A stretch of 32,000 bases of DNA from Bacillus subtilis subsp. subtilis str. 168 (GCF_000009045.1 NC_000964.3:3720001-3752000); one strand, 5' to 3'; positions 1 through 8,119 are shown, numbered from the stretch's first letter. The notes: generated by a model not told the origin, from the letters alone. Numbers and translations: made by a program.

Positions 1-711
1 ACTTGATACAGGCGCTGCCCACTCACCCCGATGCGCTTTAAAATCATCGATTGTCATGTAACTGCCGTTATTCTGTAAATGTGAGACAATCCGCTGAGCG
101 AGATCTCCTTCATAAAATGCGCTTCTTCCTTTTTCAGCAATCAAGTTCAGACTGTCTGCAAGCTCTTTTTGCACAAACCGCTCTCCCGGGACAGGTGCTT
201 TGCCCCTTCTCGTGAAGATGTCAGCCGTGTAAGGCGTGGAAGCCAGCAGTTCAATATTCTTTTCTGTGTGACGACACTGATCAGCTGATACAGGAAACCC
301 ATTTTGGGCATAATCGCGTGCGGGCTCCAATACATCTGCAAGAGACAGACGCCCGTACTCCTTCAGGACCGCATCCCAGCTATCAACCATTCCCGGCACG
401 GTAATAGCACTGTCAATTCCCCGCAGCGGAATCGCGCTTTTTCCCTTATATACATCTCTCGTTACGTTTTTTCCTGAACGGCCGCTGCCATTGTAGACTT
501 TTACTGCCTTTGTTTCCTGGTGAAAGGTCAGCCAAAAGGAATCCCCGCCAAGTCCGGTCATATGCGGGTACACAACCGCAAGACAAGCACTCACCGCAAC
601 AGCGGCGTCAAACGCGTTGCCTCCCTTATCCAGTATGCGGTTTCCGGCTTGAGAAGCGAGATAATGCGGACTGACGACCATTTGCTTTGTACCGATGACA
701 GATTTGTTCAT
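1..711 (-). CDS. ywrD: gamma-glutamyltransferase-family protein, N-terminal 237 codons (3' end runs off the left window edge)
   Basis: Absent from the ORF track because there is no stop in the window. The minus frame is open from ATG 709-711 to base 1 (711 nt, in frame). It translates MNKSVIGTKQMVVSPHYLASQAGNRILDKGGNAFDAAVAVSACLAVVYPHMTGLGGDSFW, a GGT/Ntn-hydrolase N-terminus. SD GGGGA lies 6 nt upstream. Synteny fits. Confidence 0.85.
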   Translation of the reverse strand, partial: MNKSVIGTKQMVVSPHYLASQAGNRILDKGGNAFDAAVAVSACLAVVYPHMTGLGGDSFWLTFHQETKAVKVYNGSGRSGKNVTRDVYKGKSAIPLRGIDSAITVPGMVDSWDAVLKEYGRLSLADVLEPARDYAQNGFPVSADQCRHTEKNIELLASTPYTADIFTRRGKAPVPGERFVQKELADSLNLIAEKGRSAFYEGDLAQRIVSHLQNNGSYMTIDDFKAHRGEWAAPVSS

Positions 712-861
712 CACAAGTCCCCTTTTTTAAGAAATTTTCTTCAGTATAGGGAGCCTGATTTTTCACATCTACTGATCCGGCAGAAAAACTGACGAACTTT
801 CTTCTTTTCGCAAATAATAAGATATTTTCGCATTCATTTCGAAAACAAATGAAAAATTATT

Positions 862-890
862 ATTTCTATACGTAACTTTTATGATAAAAT
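862..890 (+). promoter_or_regulatory. candidate sigma-A promoter of ywrC-ywrB-ywrA with extended -10 (TGaTAAAAT at 882-890, weak -35 ATTTCT)
   Basis: TGATAAAAT was read directly. It overlaps the track's ATG at 889, which argues that the real ywrC start is the downstream TTG at 925. Confidence 0.45.
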
Positions 891-924
891 GATTGCTAAA
901 AGGCTACGAAAGCAGGTGGAGCAA

Positions 925-1401
925 TTGAGTCATGAATATCAAATCCCCAACCTTGTACTTGATGAGACTGATAAACAAATTCTCACGATTTTGCATGAAG
1001 AAGGCAGAATTTCTTATACGGATCTTGGCAAAAGAGTCGATTTGTCACGGGTCGCCGTTCAGGCCCGTATCAACCAATTAATTGAAGCCGGTGTTATTGA
1101 AAAATTCACCGCTGTCATCAATCCCGCTAAAATCGGCATCCATGTTTCCGTGTTTTTCAATGTCGAGGTAGAACCGCAATTTTTAGAAGAGGTCGCTCTT
1201 AAGCTTGAGGAAGAGCCTGCGGTCACCAGCCTTTATCACATGACAGGCCCGAGCAAGCTGCATATGCATGGGATCTTTACCAACGATCAAGAAATGGAAG
1301 AATTCTTAACAAAACGGCTGTATCCATTGCGAGGCGTCGTCAGTGTTGATTGCCAGATGCTGATCAAACGATACAAAAGCCGTATGGGAATGAAGCTGTA
1401 A
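925..1401 (+). CDS. ywrC: Lrp/AsnC-family transcriptional regulator (158 aa from TTG 925; the track ORF starts at ATG 889)
   Basis: HTH_AsnC plus RAM-like C-terminus ([37 protein letters not shown]). SD AGGTGGAG at 913-920 precedes TTG 925. ATG 889 has no SD and sits inside the -10. Confidence 0.85.
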
Positions 1402-1414
1402 AGGAGAGAAACAA

Positions 1415-2008
1415 ATGAAAAACCATCCTTATCGGGATATGACGGCCGCAATGGTTCGCACCGGCATATTAGGGTTCGGCGGCGGACCTTCCGTGATTCC
1501 GCTGATCCGCCATGAAGCGGTCAATAAATATAAATGGATTGACGATGATGAATTCGGAGAAATATTAGCAATCGCTAATGCGCTTCCCGGACCGATTGCC
1601 ACCAAAATGGCTGCTTATCTGGGCTTTAAGCTAAAAGGCACATTAGGTGCAATTGTGGCGATCCTCGCCCACATTCTGCCTACATGTCTTGCGATGGTGG
1701 GCTTGTTTGCGGCTGTAAATGTGTTAAGCCATTCAGCAATTGTTGCAGGTATGATTGGTGCCGTCACGCCGGTAATTGCGGTCATGCTCGGAATCATGGC
1801 GTACGAGTTTGGCCAAAAAGCGCTTAAAGGTTTCGGCTGGGTTACCGGCATCCTGTTTTTTATCATCGCTTTTATCGGCCTGCAAACTTTACAGATTAAT
1901 CCCGGCCTGGTCATTATCATTTTCTTAGCTTACGGGGCGTTTCATTTTAAACTGAAAGACAAAATCACAAATAAACATTCAAAAGATAAAGGAATGTCAG
2001 CCTCATGA
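1415..2008 (+). CDS. ywrB: short-chain chromate ion transporter (CHR family), N-type half
   Basis: 197 aa polytopic membrane protein with GFGGGPSVIPLI and ANALPGPIATK CHR motifs. SD AAGGAGAG upstream. Overlaps the next gene by 4 nt. Confidence 0.9.
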   Translation: MKNHPYRDMTAAMVRTGILGFGGGPSVIPLIRHEAVNKYKWIDDDEFGEILAIANALPGPIATKMAAYLGFKLKGTLGAIVAILAHILPTCLAMVGLFAAVNVLSHSAIVAGMIGAVTPVIAVMLGIMAYEFGQKALKGFGWVTGILFFIIAFIGLQTLQINPGLVIIIFLAYGAFHFKLKDKITNKHSKDKGMSAS

Positions 2009-2541
2009 TATCGATCTATTTATTTATGGCGTTTTTTATCGCAAACCTACTGGGATATGGCGGCGGACCTGCGTCTATCCCGCTAATGTTTGAAGAAGTC
2101 GTAAACAGATACAGCTGGCTCTCAAACGATCAATTCTCAAATATGCTCGCACTTGCGAACGCATTGCCGGGCCCGATCGCCACGAAAATCGCTGCGTATG
2201 TCGGCTACAGCGCAGGCGGGTGGCCCGGCTTCCTAATTGCCCTGATCGCAACCGTCGTACCGTCGGCGCTCGCATTGATCGTCCTGCTGCGCATCATCCA
2301 GCGCTTCCGCCAATCACCTGTCATCAAAGGCATGACGCTGTCCGTCCAGCCTGTCATCGCGGTCATGATGCTCATTCTTACCTGGCAAATCGGCGCAGAC
2401 GGCATCAAAGCGATCGGCTGGGTCCAATCGATCGTGATTACGGGAATTTCGCTCCTTGCCATGACAAAATTCAAAATGCATCCGGCATTTTTGATTATTG
2501 CGGCGTTTTTATATGGGGGCCTTGTGATCCCTTATTTATAG
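2005..2541 (+). CDS. ywrA: short-chain chromate ion transporter (CHR family), C-type half
   Basis: 178 aa paralog of ywrB (GYGGGPASIPLM, ANALPGPIATK). ATGA overlap with the ywrB stop. Confidence 0.9.
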   Translation: MISIYLFMAFFIANLLGYGGGPASIPLMFEEVVNRYSWLSNDQFSNMLALANALPGPIATKIAAYVGYSAGGWPGFLIALIATVVPSALALIVLLRIIQRFRQSPVIKGMTLSVQPVIAVMMLILTWQIGADGIKAIGWVQSIVITGISLLAMTKFKMHPAFLIIAAFLYGGLVIPYL

Positions 2542-2574
2542 AAAAAAGCACCTGGACAGGTGCTTTTTTATTTT
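2542..2574. terminator. bidirectional intrinsic terminator shared by ywrA (+) and ywqO (-)
   Basis: AAAAAAGCACCT-GGAC-AGGTGCTTTTTTATTTT, with A-run and T-run flanks. Convergent genes end on each side. Confidence 0.8.
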
Positions 2575-2789
2575 AGCCCAGAAATGCCGTTTGATATGAC
2601 AGCTGTTTCTTCTCCTGCGTCACTCTTGATCATGTGCTTGACTTGCAGCGTGGTTCCTGCCATTCTCACAGATTGCTTCAACTGGGACGAATTGGTTTCA
2701 ACTTGTATCCAAACAGGAGGCTGGACCTTCCAAAATAAATAGAGTGCAAGAATCAGCAAGCCAGCAATGACCGACAGCAAAAACTTCAT
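2568..2789 (-). CDS. ywqO: small membrane protein (73 aa, one N-terminal TM helix)
   Basis: Its ATG overlaps the ywqN stop (ATGA). Hydrophobic N-terminus FLLSVIAGLLILALYLFW. Synteny fits. Confidence 0.7.
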   Translation of the reverse strand: MKFLLSVIAGLLILALYLFWKVQPPVWIQVETNSSQLKQSVRMAGTTLQVKHMIKSDAGEETAVISNGISGLK

Positions 2790-3331
2790 ATCGCATCGCT
2801 TCTTTTCAGTAAGCGGCTCGCAGCGGACAGCGCCTGATGATCACGAAGAATATCGCCTGGACGATTGCCTTCTCCCAGCACATAGCCTTTAAAGGACATT
2901 CCCATAAAATGAAAAATATGTTCGAATTGCTGAATCAGCGGCAGCCCTTTTATTTTTGGATTGTCTCCGCCCACTGCTATTACATATGCCTGTTTCACTG
3001 ACATTTGCTGTTTAAAATCAGGAAATCTCGGATCTCTCAACGTCTGTGACCAGCGATCAATAAACAGCTTTAATGTCCCTGACATGCCAAACCAATAAAT
3101 TGGGGTGGCGAATATAAGAATATGGCACTGCAATATCCGTTCAATGATAGAATCGTAGTCATCTTGAACAGGACGAAAGCCGCCTTGGGCGTGACGCAGA
3201 TCTTCAATTGGTTGAATTGGATATTTCTGCAAATAAATGTGCTCCGCATCGAATCCTTGAACAGCCTTCTCCGCAAGAACATCCGTATTTCCGCCAGACC
3301 GAGTTCCGCCGTTAATAACCGCAATTTTCAT
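2786..3331 (-). CDS. ywqN: NAD(P)H-dependent FMN reductase / flavodoxin-like fold protein (181 aa)
   Basis: MKIAVINGGTRSGGNT flavodoxin-like N-terminus. SD AAAGGAG lies 9 nt before ATG 3331. The track start at 3373 lacks an SD. Confidence 0.88.
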   Translation of the reverse strand: MKIAVINGGTRSGGNTDVLAEKAVQGFDAEHIYLQKYPIQPIEDLRHAQGGFRPVQDDYDSIIERILQCHILIFATPIYWFGMSGTLKLFIDRWSQTLRDPRFPDFKQQMSVKQAYVIAVGGDNPKIKGLPLIQQFEHIFHFMGMSFKGYVLGEGNRPGDILRDHQALSAASRLLKRSDAI

Positions 3332-3453
3332 GATGCATCTGCTCCTTTGTTTACGAATGATTTTCTTCATCATATAATGGATTCATCAATCAATACAGAT
3401 GATTATTTCGATTAATCCAATCGCTAAAACCGATTTAGAAAGGAAGAGAACAA

Positions 3454-4335
3454 GTGGAATTGAAGCAGCTGATCACCTTTATTACGGCGGCTGAACATGT
3501 AAACTTCACCCTAACCGCCAAAATGCTTAATTATGCACAATCAAGCGTTACCTCTCAGATCAAATCACTTGAAGAAGAAATCGGAACGCCTTTATTTGAA
3601 CGGCTCGGCAAGCGGCTTATCTTGACAGAAGCAGGAAAAACGTTCAAATCTTATGCACAGAAGATCATTGCGTTAACAGAAGAAGCGAAAATGGCCACAA
3701 ATCAAGTAAGAGAAACAACCGGAACCTTAAAAATCGGGGCGACGGAAAGCCAGTGCACATACCGCCTGCCCCCTATCATAAAAGAATTTAAACAGGCTTT
3801 TCCCCAAGTAAAGCTCATATTCAAACCATATATCTCCAATGAACAAGCGAAAGAACAGCTCTTACAGGGCCAGCTTGATATCACCTTCATCTTGGATGTA
3901 AACCGGATGGAAGACGCACTGCACGTTGAATCTTTGATTCAGGATGAGATCAAAATGGTGGCTGCTAATGACCATCCTTTTCCTGCGGATTTACCAGTAA
4001 CATTGAAGGATCTTCAAAACGAAACTCTTCTGCTGACAGAGGACGGCTGCTCGTACCGCACGCTCTTTGAGAACAATTTGCATGACTCCGGTATCTATCC
4101 TAACAAATTGGAATTCGTCAGCATAGAAGCCATCAAACAATGCGTGATGGCCGGACTTGGGATTGGAATCTTGCCTGAAATGACAGTAAAAGATGATATT
4201 GCAGCAGGCCGGATGAAAGAACTCAATTGGCAGAGCGATTGCCCCGTTTTCACTCAATTAGCATGGCATAAGGACAAGTGGATGTCTGCGCCATTAAAGG
4301 CTTTTATCGATTTGACACGGAAAACATTCAAATAA
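3454..4335 (+). CDS. ywqM: LysR-family transcriptional regulator
   Basis: GTG start after AAAGGAAG. N-terminal wHTH (FITAAEHVNFTLTAKMLNYAQSSVTSQIKSLEEEIG) plus a LysR substrate domain. Divergent from ywqN. Confidence 0.9.
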   Translation: MELKQLITFITAAEHVNFTLTAKMLNYAQSSVTSQIKSLEEEIGTPLFERLGKRLILTEAGKTFKSYAQKIIALTEEAKMATNQVRETTGTLKIGATESQCTYRLPPIIKEFKQAFPQVKLIFKPYISNEQAKEQLLQGQLDITFILDVNRMEDALHVESLIQDEIKMVAANDHPFPADLPVTLKDLQNETLLLTEDGCSYRTLFENNLHDSGIYPNKLEFVSIEAIKQCVMAGLGIGILPEMTVKDDIAAGRMKELNWQSDCPVFTQLAWHKDKWMSAPLKAFIDLTRKTFK

Positions 4336-4383
4336 AACCTCTCCACAAGGACGACAAGGTTTTTGAGACCAGGGCACACACAT

Positions 4384-4421
4384 ACAAAAAAAACACTTGA
4401 TGACTTAGAGCCCCAAGTGTT
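4384..4421 (-). terminator. intrinsic terminator of nfi and the ywqH-L transcript
   Basis: On the minus strand: AACACTTG, a 14-nt loop, CAAGTGTT, then TTTTTTT. The stem begins at the nfi stop codon. Confidence 0.65.
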
Positions 4422-5136
4422 ACACGTGATTTTTCTGATAAAACGTTCGCAAAACATGCGTCTCAAGGTCAGCCAGGCGGACAGGGATCGGCAGCCTGCT
4501 TTCTTGATTGATCAAGCTCATCGTGATCTGATAGCTGCTGTCTAAATCAATATAATTACCGCAAGACAAGAAAATAGGCTTCACGTCCCGCCGCGTTCGC
4601 AGCGCCCGTCCATATACCTCGCCGTCAATGATAATATCGGTGTATGCGCCTACTTCAATTTCAGGCGTCACGAAATCGCAGCCTTTGATTTTGAGATAGG
4701 TTTTCGCTATCCCAATCGTCGGCTTGCCCAGAAAAAAAGCCGCATGGGTGGCAACGCCCATATGATTGTAATGCAGATATCCGTTGCCATCAAACAAGAA
4801 GACATCCGGCTCCGTCTCCAGCTTTTTCGCCGCCTCGATGATCAAGGGCAGCTCGCGAAACGCAAGAAAACCGGAAACATACGGCACGCTGATTCTCCCC
4901 ATGCTGTGCACTTTTTCAATGACTTCTTTTGTATCAGCGTCAATTACGATAATACAGCACACTCCGTATGGTTCTCCATCCTGCTCCCAATAGGCCAGGT
5001 CGACGCCTGCGCAGGTGTTGATGGAGTCTGGATGGATCGTGGGGGATAGGTTGATACGATTTTTAAGGTTAAATTGCACTTGTAAAAAGTCTTGTTCCTT
5101 TTTCATATCAAATTTATGCACATCAAATACCTTCAT
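4420..5136 (-). CDS. nfi: endonuclease V (deoxyinosine 3' endonuclease)
   Basis: 238 aa Endo V family (AGVDLAY, FRELP, LFDGNGYLH, GIAKT motifs). Starts 9 nt after the ywqK stop. Confidence 0.92.
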   Translation of the reverse strand: MKVFDVHKFDMKKEQDFLQVQFNLKNRINLSPTIHPDSINTCAGVDLAYWEQDGEPYGVCCIIVIDADTKEVIEKVHSMGRISVPYVSGFLAFRELPLIIEAAKKLETEPDVFLFDGNGYLHYNHMGVATHAAFFLGKPTIGIAKTYLKIKGCDFVTPEIEVGAYTDIIIDGEVYGRALRTRRDVKPIFLSCGNYIDLDSSYQITMSLINQESRLPIPVRLADLETHVLRTFYQKNHV

Positions 5137-5145
5137 AACGATTGC

Positions 5146-5610
5146 TCACTCTCGACCTAAATTAATGTGAGTCTCTCTTCTCGATTCTAGTATTTCAAAA
5201 TGAGGACTATCTGTATCTATCTCGTACTTATTTAATAGATTGCCTTCTTCATCCCAATTCTTTTCAGAAATTAGTATGGAATGCTCATACTGTTGCTCAC
5301 TTTTTTTCCTGCCATTTTCAAACCAAATTATGCTTATACCGTGCAATTGCCCATATCGGTATTCTTTTTCACTTTTTTTATTCCCGTTTTCATAAAATTC
5401 ACATGTTAAACCATGGGCCAGACCATTCTTATATTTAGTAAAATAGATGATTTGACCATTTGGATATAATTCGTAAGCCAGCCCTGTAAACGGCTGGCCA
5501 TTTTCGTCTTCAGGATTATCTAAAATCTCATCACTTACCGAAGAGAACCATAAATCCTCAAAGTCCACTCCCTTTTCTTTTATACTCTTCATATCATATT
5601 CATTTTCCAT
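5146..5610 (-). CDS. ywqK: immunity (antitoxin) protein for the YwqJ toxin, MORN-like repeat protein
   Basis: 154 aa with three Y-x-NG-x5-7-Y-x-x-G-x-x-HG type repeats (YPNGQIIYFTKYKNGLAHG, YENGNKKSEKEYRYGQLHG, FENGRKKSEQQY). Its start overlaps the ywqJ 3' end by 11 nt. Confidence 0.88.
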   Translation of the reverse strand: MENEYDMKSIKEKGVDFEDLWFSSVSDEILDNPEDENGQPFTGLAYELYPNGQIIYFTKYKNGLAHGLTCEFYENGNKKSEKEYRYGQLHGISIIWFENGRKKSEQQYEHSILISEKNWDEEGNLLNKYEIDTDSPHFEILESRRETHINLGRE

Positions 5611-7408
5611 ACTTTAAAGCCTCCGGTATATAATTTGTATTTTGAGTTATATATTCACAATGTGGACATCTAGGCATTGGGACACCTTCTGGCATCTTTT
5701 TATTTATTTTCCTAGCACTTACTACATATACCATTAAATCTTTTAAATCCGCATCAGGTCTTTGAAGTAACGCTTCATTTAGAGCATTAACTTCGGCATG
5801 AGAACCCGCCCCTGACGTCTTTATATAACCTTCTTTAAGTTCTGTAGGCATATTTACAATTCTATCATGAATAAGTGGATGTAGTACCTTAGGTGGCTTC
5901 CCATCTATATTGTTTATTCCAAAATAATAATTGCCTGTTTTTTTGTCCAATACACCAGCTACCGCAGGGCCTCTTTGTTTTTTAGTTAGACCAGAAGATT
6001 TAATTCTACTAAGTTCGTTTAGTACTTCTGCCCTTAGATTTATTCGATGGTGAAGATCTTCTTTAGACAATACACCATGCTTATTTCTTAAATATTGAAG
6101 CCTAGTTTGTTTTTCTTCAGTAGTCTTAGCAATATTGCTAATAAGGCTTTCATTACTCACTTTATTGACATATGGAGCATTTTTTTGGTACAACCGATCA
6201 AAGTAGTGTGCCAATCCTGCTCCACCAATAATAGTAATAGCTTCCAGCGCCCCTTGCTTCCGCTTCTCCTCAGACACTTTGTTTCCGAACATATCCCGGC
6301 CTGTGACAGCTTCTGAGAATCCGTTTGACGCAACAAGGCCGTATGCGCCCATTTCTGTCATTTTGAGAATGTCTAAGGATTTGCCTGTTTTGTAGGCGTC
6401 TAATGCGTGTTCAGCAGCGATAGCTGCTTTTCCGGTTTTGTAGATGGCTTTTCCGCCTTTGAAGGCCCGGCCTGCCCAGCCGACGACTGGTATGAATCCG
6501 GCAGCGGCCATAGCTCCTGCTGTCACACGCTCCGCGGTGGAGAGTTTTTCTCCGGTAACCGGATCAACGCCTTCGGTTGCTCTTTTATAATCATAATAGC
6601 CAGTGACTTCTCCAGTAAAGTTGCAAACTCCATCCCATGTTTTTTCGTACCACGGTTTGTTTGCTTCTTCCTCGGCTTTTTCCTGGAGCCGTCTTGCTTC
6701 TGCTTGCTGGGTTTTTGCATCGATATAGGTTGTTCCTTGATTTTCTACTTCAATGACGCTTTTGTAGACTTCATTGCTGTGGAAGGCTTTTTTGTCATAG
6801 TACATAGGGGATGCGCTCTTCCCATTGCTGGTGGCCTGCATGAGAACAGAATATTTGGTGAGCACTGCGTTGTCCAGAGATTCTAAATTTTGATATTCAG
6901 TGGTCAGGGATTCATCAAGCTTATCGACAGCTGTGATTGTATCACGTCTGATTTTTTGGGCATCGCCCATCTTATCTGCATAGTCGTCAAGCGTGTACAT
7001 GTCGAGATCAATAATATCGCTGATGCCTGACAAAATAGAATCGATTTCTTCTTTATGAGCGGAGACAATCTCTGAGGCTTTCAGGTCTCCATTGGGCAGC
7101 TCATGATCCAAAAAAGAAGTTTCCACATATGAATCATTCAGTTCTTGATCTTTAATATCTCCTGAAATGCCGTTTAAAAACGCAATTTGAGCAGAGACAA
7201 GCGTCAGCCAGCTGTCTACGATTTCTGCCTGTCCCTGAAAAAAATCTTTAATATTGTCCGCGCCATTTCCTTTAAAATTATCGCCTAAATCGGCAACTCC
7301 CTGAAACGCTTTTTTCAGCGTATTCAGCTGCTCTTCAAGCGTCTCATATTGCTTTTTTCTGCTCTTCGCTTCTTCGATTAAAGATTTTGATTCAAATACT
7401 TTACTCAT
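5600..7408 (-). CDS. ywqJ: LXG-domain polymorphic toxin with a C-terminal deaminase-fold toxin domain (T7SS substrate class)
   Basis: 602 aa. N-terminal LXG-type helical domain (DNFKGNGADNIKDFFQGQ). C-terminal zinc-deaminase motifs: HAE (H codon 5798-5800) and PRCPHC (Cys codons 5666-5668 and 5657-5659). Confidence 0.92.
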   Translation of the reverse strand: MSKVFESKSLIEEAKSRKKQYETLEEQLNTLKKAFQGVADLGDNFKGNGADNIKDFFQGQAEIVDSWLTLVSAQIAFLNGISGDIKDQELNDSYVETSFLDHELPNGDLKASEIVSAHKEEIDSILSGISDIIDLDMYTLDDYADKMGDAQKIRRDTITAVDKLDESLTTEYQNLESLDNAVLTKYSVLMQATSNGKSASPMYYDKKAFHSNEVYKSVIEVENQGTTYIDAKTQQAEARRLQEKAEEEANKPWYEKTWDGVCNFTGEVTGYYDYKRATEGVDPVTGEKLSTAERVTAGAMAAAGFIPVVGWAGRAFKGGKAIYKTGKAAIAAEHALDAYKTGKSLDILKMTEMGAYGLVASNGFSEAVTGRDMFGNKVSEEKRKQGALEAITIIGGAGLAHYFDRLYQKNAPYVNKVSNESLISNIAKTTEEKQTRLQYLRNKHGVLSKEDLHHRINLRAEVLNELSRIKSSGLTKKQRGPAVAGVLDKKTGNYYFGINNIDGKPPKVLHPLIHDRIVNMPTELKEGYIKTSGAGSHAEVNALNEALLQRPDADLKDLMVYVVSARKINKKMPEGVPMPRCPHCEYITQNTNYIPEALKYGK

Positions 7409-7426
7409 CGCACTGCCCTTTCTGTT

Positions 7427-7687
7427 CTATTTTACCGCTATCGCCTCGTCCTGCTCTTTGAGTGAATCTACGTTATCCTTTGTATCCTCGATATTTTTCT
7501 GTACCGCTTTTTTGTAATCTCCGAGCATGGTTTTGATGTTCTCCTCACGCTCATGGTATTTTTTCGTATAATCGAGGCTGTTTTTTCCGTTGGATCCTGC
7601 GGCGCCGATTGATACGTCAGCAAGCGCATCTTTGACAGAATCTAATGTTTTGATGACTGTGTCGTACTTCAGCTTAATTTCTGACAT
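7427..7687 (-). CDS. ywqI: small alpha-helical LXG-associated (WXG100-like/Lap-type) partner protein, 86 aa
   Basis: Sits 18 nt upstream of ywqJ. Heptad-rich helical sequence with an SD in the ywqH 3' end. This is the typical position of T7SS targeting partners. Confidence 0.8.
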   Translation of the reverse strand: MSEIKLKYDTVIKTLDSVKDALADVSIGAAGSNGKNSLDYTKKYHEREENIKTMLGDYKKAVQKNIEDTKDNVDSLKEQDEAIAVK

Positions 7688-7696
7688 AAAAAAAGA

Positions 7697-8119
7697 TCAC
7701 CACCATTTTAGTTTACTAATTGTATTTCCGACTTCTTCCGCGAACTCTTCTCCCTTTTTAAGAAGATCTGCTGCACCATTTGCTATGAACAATTCCGATG
7801 CATATTTAGCTTTATCCCATTCAAGATCAAAAATTTTCCCGTTAATCGAAGCCATATACTCGTTATATTTATCATTCACAATCTTAGATGCTTCCGATTT
7901 CGCCTCTTCTCTTCCCTTGTCGAAATCATCGGCTTTTGTTCCCGTCCAATGCTTGCCCAATTCCGGTTTCACAATTTCTTTGATTTCAGTGATTGCCTCT
8001 TCTTGCAGTGTGTCTATGTCCTTTTTTGCTTTTTTCAGCTTTTCGATCTTGTCTTCCACGTCTGAAATTTTTCCGTTGAGCGAACTTTTGATATCCGCTA
8101 GCATACTTTCATAACCCAT
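7697..8119 (-). CDS. ywqH: small alpha-helical LXG-associated partner protein, 140 aa
   Basis: ATG 8119 is preceded by AGAGGTGA with a 6-nt spacer. The track's GTG at 8128 lies inside that SD. First gene of the toxin operon. Confidence 0.8.
   Translation of the reverse strand: MGYESMLADIKSSLNGKISDVEDKIEKLKKAKKDIDTLQEEAITEIKEIVKPELGKHWTGTKADDFDKGREEAKSEASKIVNDKYNEYMASINGKIFDLEWDKAKYASELFIANGAADLLKKGEEFAEEVGNTISKLKWW

Noticed and set aside
2075-2576. Three overlapping ORFs (2075..2275 minus, 2205..2474 minus, 2220..2576 plus) inside ywrA.
   Set aside because: They are Arg/Pro/Ala-rich translations of a locally GC-rich membrane-protein gene. The ywrA frame has CHR-family motifs and operon-style coupling, and the others have no SD.
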